The notes below the pieces were generated by a model. It had not been told where the DNA came from and made no database searches. It worked only from the letters and a program-made list of their open reading frames with translations. Source: Diplonema japonicum (taxonomy: Eukaryota; Protista; Euglenozoa: Diplonemea). Taken from it: a DNA stretch of 64,000 nt. The translations under genes were made by a program, and so were the position numbers. The stretch spans positions 248,001 to 312,000 of the forward strand of contig OZ025718.1 of assembly GCA_964019335.1 (NCBI GenBank). The letters are read 5' to 3'. Shown in pieces: positions 57,897 to 64,000 of the stretch (the stretch's first letter is position 1; the number at the start of each line of letters is the position of its first letter).

Positions 57897-58450
57897 CTTT
57901 CCCTCCCCTGTGTTACACACCCGTCTTTGAGAAAATTGTAAATATCGTAAGCAAGGAGATTCTTTCTTTTTTGACAGCATTCTTTTGAGAAGTCGTGCAA
58001 CTCAGCAAACTCTCGGAGCTCGTCAGTGGTAAAAGATTCAAGGATGTCGTCCACAGCGACCCCCTTCTCCAGCTTAATTTCAACTGGGGGGGCTTCTTTC
58101 AACGATCTAGCCGGCCGTCCTCTTTTTTTCTTAGGGGACGGCTTTGTGGCGGGGATTTTACTTTTAAGAGGCGAGTTTTTCCTTTTACAGCTGAGCTGTT
58201 TCTCCAGCTTTGCGATGTCTTTATTCAGCTCCCGGGCCGCTTCTTTCTTCTTGGCGATTTTCTTCAAAATCTCCCGCTCTTCTTTTTGCTCCTTTTTTAT
58301 GTTTGCTTCCCTCATCGCGCTTTCATCCCGCTTGCGCTTCTTTGTAGACTCCTTGGGACTTGGCTCTTTCTTCTTCGGCGTCTTCTTTTTTTTTTTCGCT
58401 GCAGGCCGTGGGCCATAGCAAAATGCTATTTCGGCGTCCGTCAATCGCAT
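57629..58450 (-). CDS. Lys-rich chromatin-like protein with AT-hook, SAP/DEK-like helix bundle and acidic tail
   Basis: KKRGRPAR AT-hook; ILESFTTDELREFAE...LLAYDIYNFL; poly-E tail; probable in-frame intron at 57861-57920. Confidence 0.65.
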
Positions 58451-59039
58451 CTTTCCGCCTTTTTTTGTTGTTGTTGAAAAAATATCGATTAAAAAAAAAA
58501 AAAAACATTAAAAAAATAGGGGAAATCGATACCAAATGGAAAAAAAAGGGGGGGGGAGTTTTTTTTTTTTATGAATGAAATATTTTATGTTATAACTAAC
58601 CCTAGGATCACAAAAAACCATACAAGCAAAGGGGGGGGAAAAGTTCCTCCTTTTTTTTTCCGAATCTCAAATAGCATTGAGTGCTAAGATCACTGATTTA
58701 GAACAAAAAAAAAGAACTTCCCCCCCCCCCCCTATGGTATTTTCACCTAGGGGTGTGTGTGTGTGTGTGTGTTGTGCGTTTGTGCGTGAAAATACAGGTT
58801 TCTTTTTTAAAATTCCGCTCCTCCCTCTTATTGTTGACCCCACCCTGCCCGCTTAGTGTTACTTCTTGGATCACGCAGTTAGCCTTCTGTAGTAAAGGCC
58901 ACCCTCACCAAATATCTTGAGGACAAAGCTTTAAATGGAGTCAAAAAAAAAAAAGTAGAGAAATAATAAAAAAAAGAAATTTTTTCTTTTTGATATCGAA
59001 AAAACGGAAAAAAAAAGAGAAAAAAAATGTGATGGAAAT

Positions 59040-59072
<33 letters not shown>

Positions 59073-59140
59073 ATAGGTAGGCAACAAAGGGGGAAATGGT
59101 GGAGGGTGGGGGGAATTTTTTATATTCATTTTCCTTATGT

Positions 59141-59593
59141 TTAGATAAGAAGCCTCTCGATCTCGAGCTGTAATTTATTGTTGTAAGATTATATTTTTTT
59201 TTACTTTTTTTTTTCCCCTTCCCACTGCCATACCTTGAGGGCGTCGATTTGGCTCCTCAGCTGGTCGCCCTCAGAGGTGATGATGGAGACGGCGATGACG
59301 TTCCTGGACACACCCGCAGCACGGCCCAGCGAGGCCTTCGAGGGCACAAAGATGTAAGGGACGTTCTTGTCCTCGCAGAGGAGGGGAAGGTGCAGAAGGA
59401 TCTCAATGGGGTTGCAGTCGCCAGCAAGCACGATCAGCTCGGCGATGTTCCTGTTCAGCGTCTTGGTCGCCTCGTTGGCTCCCTTCTTCAACTGCTTGTA
59501 GTTGCAAGCCTGCTGCACAAGGTCCACAATGTTCTTGGACAGCTTGTCATCGGCGAGGGGGTACGCCTTGTCACTGATCTCGTCTCTCGACAT
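59141..59593 (-). CDS. SNU13: SNU13/15.5K (NHP2L1) kink-turn binding protein, copy 1 (128 aa)
   Basis: [47 protein letters not shown]; intron 59168-59233 gives ...DALK|LEIERLLI*. Confidence 0.95.
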
Positions 59594-59666
59594 TTTTTTT
59601 TAGAGGGGTGTTTTTTTTTTTTTTTTTCCACTTTTTTTTATAAAAGATTTGTACCGTTATTAAGTA

Positions 59667-60560
59667 CCGTAAAAAGCCCCAAATTTATTGGGCAAAAAAA
59701 AAAAAAAATTCGAAAAACAGTACATAATATTTACAATACATAAATAAATACGGGCAAAGACCCCCAGTCCCCAGTCCCTTGCGATACAGCAGACAATACA
59801 AGTTTACAATTGCTTCCGTGCACTCCCACCCTGGTCTATGCAGGCACTCTTGTCACGTTGTCATCACGGCACATCAGAATGGCCTCCATGTCAATGCCCA
59901 GCATCTCAGTGATCAAGGTCCGGGTACTGGTCCCGTTGATCGGCGATTTCGTCTATGCAACCACACGGGCGGAGGTTGGCCACCCAAGGCTCAGGTTGTT
60001 CTTCTTGCACCACCCGCGCGCCCACTCGTAGCCCAGGTCGTCGTCCGTGAGCTGCTGGCCGCAGGAGATTGCAATCCCTCGGGCAAGGCTTGAGACCCTG
60101 CCGTAGCTCAACGGACTGCCGGCCTGCACCTGCTCTTCCACTGCTTCCCGGAGCAGCCTGTCTGCCTCATTTGTGAGGGTGGGTGGGTGACCAGCCATTT
60201 TTTTCGGTGCAGGTTCTTCCTCCCACCACCAGTCTCGCGGGATCGCTTGCGTAGCTTAGCTACGACGGCTTGTTTCGCCCGGTCAGCTACCCTTGAGGCG
60301 GTCTTGTTGGGTACTTCAGGTTCCATTTCCGCGTTCCGGCTGAAAGGCCGAATTGCTGAACCGTCTCACCCAGCTCATCCTTCTCCGCCTCGGTCCACCT
60401 TTTGTTCTTCCGGGGAGGCTGGGGTTCCTCCAAGCGGGACATCACTTCCTCCACTGCCCGTCTGGCGGCTGGGGGGAGAGCCTGTTGAAGCCTCTGCAAT
60501 GGGCGCGTACCGGTCACGGGCAGTCAAGAAGCCATGGGGCGACATGTTGTATTCAGAGGA
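59667..60560 (-). mobile_element. pogo-like transposon fragment (CENP-B-type HTH)
   Basis: Frameshifted ORFs at 59953-60517: GHPPTLT.EAD.LL...GSPLS....LA..IA.....GYEWARGWCKKNNLS. TA|CCGTAAAA candidate terminus at 59665; the other end was not found. Confidence 0.65.
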
Positions 60561-61297
60561 TAGGGGTTGGATTTCTTTTAATATTTATGTAATTAAAACT
60601 GTTTAAGGGGGGGGGGGGGGGGAGAGAAACTGGTAAATAAGTAGTGACTTGATTTTAGTATGGCCACGCCTGTCTGGGGGGTGTCAGTACATTTCCCGAA
60701 ACAAAAACAAAAACAAAAAAAAAACCCGATTTTTTAACGTCACTGGGCATCATTTTCCAACCTAGCGTGCCTGTTCCCCGTTTTGAACTTTTTCCAAGCT
60801 AAAAATGTGATCCATATTGCCCTAGAACATGCTTAACCTGTGCATGGGCAGCTACCGGTGAAATCCTGAACACGGAGAGAGGAGTCATACGAAGAGAAAT
60901 ACAACCGAGCCAGCATCGCTGACGGCGCAGGACGCCAAGAAAGCTAGAACGAAGGACGGTGCGATATATATTTTATCCACGAGACGAAGAAAGATTCTTT
61001 TGGAGTTAATTCTTTACGAAATGAAAAAGAGGGATGGTGAGAGGGGGGGGATGAACAGCAGCGTGGAAGAAGAGGGGAAAAAAAGGAAGGGAGGGGGGTA
61101 TGGTTTATTGATAAATATGTTGGTGCATCCCGTCTTTTTTTTAAAAAAAGAAAAGGGAGTTTACACTGGTCGTCTTTCTTTTTTTTTTTTTTTCCTTCCA
61201 TGATGTATGTATGATGCAGGTACAGACCCCCCCACTGGGTAAACAAAAAAAAAAAAAACACTTTTTTTTTTTTTTTTCTCCGATTCTTTTTGTTTTC

Positions 61298-61751
61298 TTA
61301 GATAAGAAGCCTCTCGATCTCGAGCTGTAATTTATTGTTGTAAGATTATATTTTTTTTTACTTTTTTTTTTTCCCCTTCCCACTGCCATACCTTGAGGGC
61401 GTCGATTTGGCTCCTCAGCTGGTCGCCCTCAGAGGTGATGATGGAGACGGCGATGACGTTCCTGGACACACCCGCAGCACGGCCCAGCGAGGCCTTCGAG
61501 GGCACAAAGATGTAAGGGACGTTCTTGTCCTCGCAGAGGAGGGGAAGGTGCAGAAGGATCTCAATGGGGTTGCAGTCGCCAGCAAGCACGATCAGCTCGG
61601 CGATGTTCCTGTTCAGCGTCTTGGTCGCCTCGTTGGCTCCCTTCTTCAACTGCTTGTAGTTGCAAGCCTGCTGCACAAGGTCCACAATGTTCTTGGACAG
61701 CTTGTCATCGGCGAGGGGGTACGCCTTGTCACTGATCTCGTCTCTCGACAT
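61298..61751 (-). CDS. SNU13: SNU13/15.5K, copy 2
   Basis: Same CDS as copy 1; intron 61325-61391. Confidence 0.95.
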
Positions 61752-61900
61752 TTTTTTTTTTTTTTTTTTGAAGCTTTTCTCTTTTTTTTCGAATCACCAC
61801 ACACAATGGAAAATAAATTGAAAAAAAAAATATATGTAGACACTCGGAGGGGAGGGGGGGGAAAAAAAAGAAGAAGAAAAAAAAGAAAAGAAGATCACCA

Positions 61901-63556
61901 TCAGGCGGACTTTGCATAGGCTCTGGTTTGGTAAGTGGCATCCTTGTTCCAGAGATCGTGTTTGAAGCTGTCGTCGGGGATATCGATGGCGTTGCCCACC
62001 CCTGTGAGGACGAAAGGCTTCTCCATAATGTAACGGGCAAGTACTTCACGAACACAGTTTAAAGAAACGTGGTCAATGCGCCCCCACACCTCTGCAAGGG
62101 GGATGTCACGACCGTGCGCGAGCTGTGGTTGTATTTTTTAGGAAAAAAAAAAAGAAGAAAAAAAAAAAGAACACACAATCTTTGCTCCCATCACGTCAGC
62201 AAGCTCTGTTGTTGTGTCCCCAGACATCAAAAACCTCAGTTTGTATGACTCCTTTGCAACGTGCAGCTGCTCATCCGTCAGGTCGTTCATCACCTTTTTT
62301 TGTTTTTCCCTCCCTTTTTTTTTTTCTTTCTTTTTCATACCGCTAGTATCCTCCTAACCACCTCCAGTTGGAACCTTTTCAAACCCTCTGGACCCGCCGT
62401 GGAGGCAGCGGAGACCAAGTAAAACCCGAAAAGCGACACATCATTGTACGGCGTGGTGAAGGCCTACGAATGGGTGTTTGAAAAAAAAAAAAAAAAAAAA
62501 GAAAAAAAAATACCTGACAAGTTTCGAGGACCCCGTCATTAGATTTGCACGCATCAGCTATTTTAAAAATAGGAGATTCCCTGTGGAGTTTTTTTTTTTT
62601 TTTTTTTCTCCTTTTTCTTTTCTCTCTCTTTCATACGCGTTTTGTTCATGAGCTGCGCGTTGCCATTCTCCGAAAATATGTTCGATGACCTGCAGCGTGA
62701 CCATATCGTGGTCACTCTGACCGCATGTTCCCCAAGCAATAGTGAGGTTAGGGCACGGGAGGTCGTACTCAACAATTTTATGCCCGCCGTGGAAGGTAGC
62801 GTTCAAAGCAGGCTTCGCGGGTTCAGAGGGAAGGTCCCCCCAGAATGCTTCCGCAAGACGACACATTTCCTCATGGCGGACACCGCCACAGGCCACCATG
62901 CACATCCGCTTCGCTGTGTAGTGCTGTCTGATGTACTCCTCAATCATTTTTATGTTGATGTTGCGGGCGATGTTTTCCTCTAGGCCGAGGATGGTCATGC
63001 CAAGGCCATCGTTGGGGAAGCATGTCAAGTGGACATGGTCCATCATGACCTCGTCGATGCTCATTTCTACGTCTTCTTTCTCCTTGAGGATTGTGTAACG
63101 TTCCGCCTCGAGATCTGAGTCGCGGAGCTTTGGGTTTCTCAGGATGTCTGTGATTCTTTCCATAGCAGGGGCGACGTTGGACTTCATCCCATCGCAGAAG
63201 TAGACCGTCTGCTCACGAGTGGTGTACGCGTTGAGCTGCCCGCCGGTTAGTTCGAAGAAGCAATCGATGTCGTTCTTGGACCGTGTTTTCGTCCCTTTGA
63301 ACGTCATGTGCTCCAAGAAATGCGCCACCCCGTTGTTTTCCCACGTCTCAAACCGGCTTCCCGCGTCTATCCAGACACCTACTGTGGCCGTCTCACCGCC
63401 GTTCTCCTGCGTCATAACCCGAAACCCGTTGTTCAAAACCGAGATCTTCGCTGTGTCATCCTTCTCGAGATGCTTGATCAACGATGAGTCTTTTGGTTGA
63501 AACGGTGCCGGGACGTGCAAGGAATACTTCTCGAGGAGCCTGCTGGTCCGCTTCAT
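61901..63556 (-). CDS. PMPCB: Mitochondrial processing peptidase beta / complex III core-1 (M16), 5 exons, 482 aa
   Basis: VGVWIDAGSRFE, NGVAHFLEHM.FKGT (HxxEH), LNAYTTREQT. Introns 62581-62636, 62464-62513, 62294-62340 and 62123-62176 keep the frame. Confidence 0.9.
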
Positions 63557-63670
63557 TTTTTTTTTTTTTTTTTGCTTTTTTTTTTTTTTCTCTGGTGGTG
63601 GGGTGTTATTGTGGTGTACTTGTAGGATTTGTTTTTTTTTGAAAAAAAAATACTTGGAAGGGGGGGGGGG

Positions 63671-64000
63671 TTATAGCCCAAGAATGTCGTCGATCGCGAA
63701 CCTCGTTTTCGGTGTCTCTTTTAGTTTCGGCTTCTGCTCGATTTTATCAGCGAGGCGTGCCAAGCCCCTCGCAAGCGAGTCTTTAGGAAGCCCCGGTGGT
63801 CCTGTTGTCTCGCCGCCTTGTTCGGTTTTGTCGAACTCGATCTTTTTACCAACCTCTACCGCGGTTTGCTGCTGCTCCTCTTTGATATACAATTTCTGTT
63901 CGGGGGGGTTTTTTTTTTTAAATCATACTGTAGGATCGCCCTTCGGACCAGGCCGTTGTCCTTGCATTGAACTCAACAACTCCTGGTACTTAGGGAGCTT
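63671..64000 (-). CDS. 3' end of a hypothetical gene (continues beyond the window)
   Basis: Open frame ...KGDPT|KLYIKEE...DDILGL* with a 33-nt GT-AG intron at 63896-63928. Confidence 0.6.

Noticed and set aside
108-63600. Numerous poly-F/poly-K/poly-G ORFs and plus-strand ORFs in the track
   Set aside because: They are translations of homopolymer spacers or antisense shadows of real minus-strand genes.
442-63928. Non-canonical (euglenid/diplonemid-type) introns or programmed frameshifts
   Set aside because: Every interrupted host gene could be restored with standard GT-AG boundaries.

Overview
This is eukaryotic nuclear DNA, most likely from a euglenozoan and best fitting a diplonemid. The assignment is an inference from a trCOIV-type cytochrome c oxidase subunit, one-strand gene arrangement, pyrimidine tract plus AG just before start codons, and many short GT-AG cis-introns. 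About 25 protein-coding genes all lie on the minus strand, separated by homopolymer-saturated spacers. I reconstructed 24 short (33-73 nt) GT-AG introns by hand; most are A-rich and most lie in the 3' half of their gene. Many ATGs are directly preceded by an oligo(A) run. The main highlight is a selenoprotein that the ORF track splits in two: SelM/SelF family, CxxU with an in-frame TGA at 18046-18048, fused to a Cys-rich module, with only an atypical SECIS candidate. Other highlights: two tandem paralogues built from four copies of an unassigned C-x2-H...C-x5-C finger, a class-2 DHODH homologue with a remodelled active site, a DFGxF-repeat (AP-1 accessory-like) protein, duplicated SNU13 and ferric reductase genes, and diverse transposon relics (pogo, ATAT-targeting Sola-like elements and MITEs, piggyBac, Harbinger-like, a co-oriented SINE-like repeat). 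All family assignments come from motif recognition by eye; no database searches were run.
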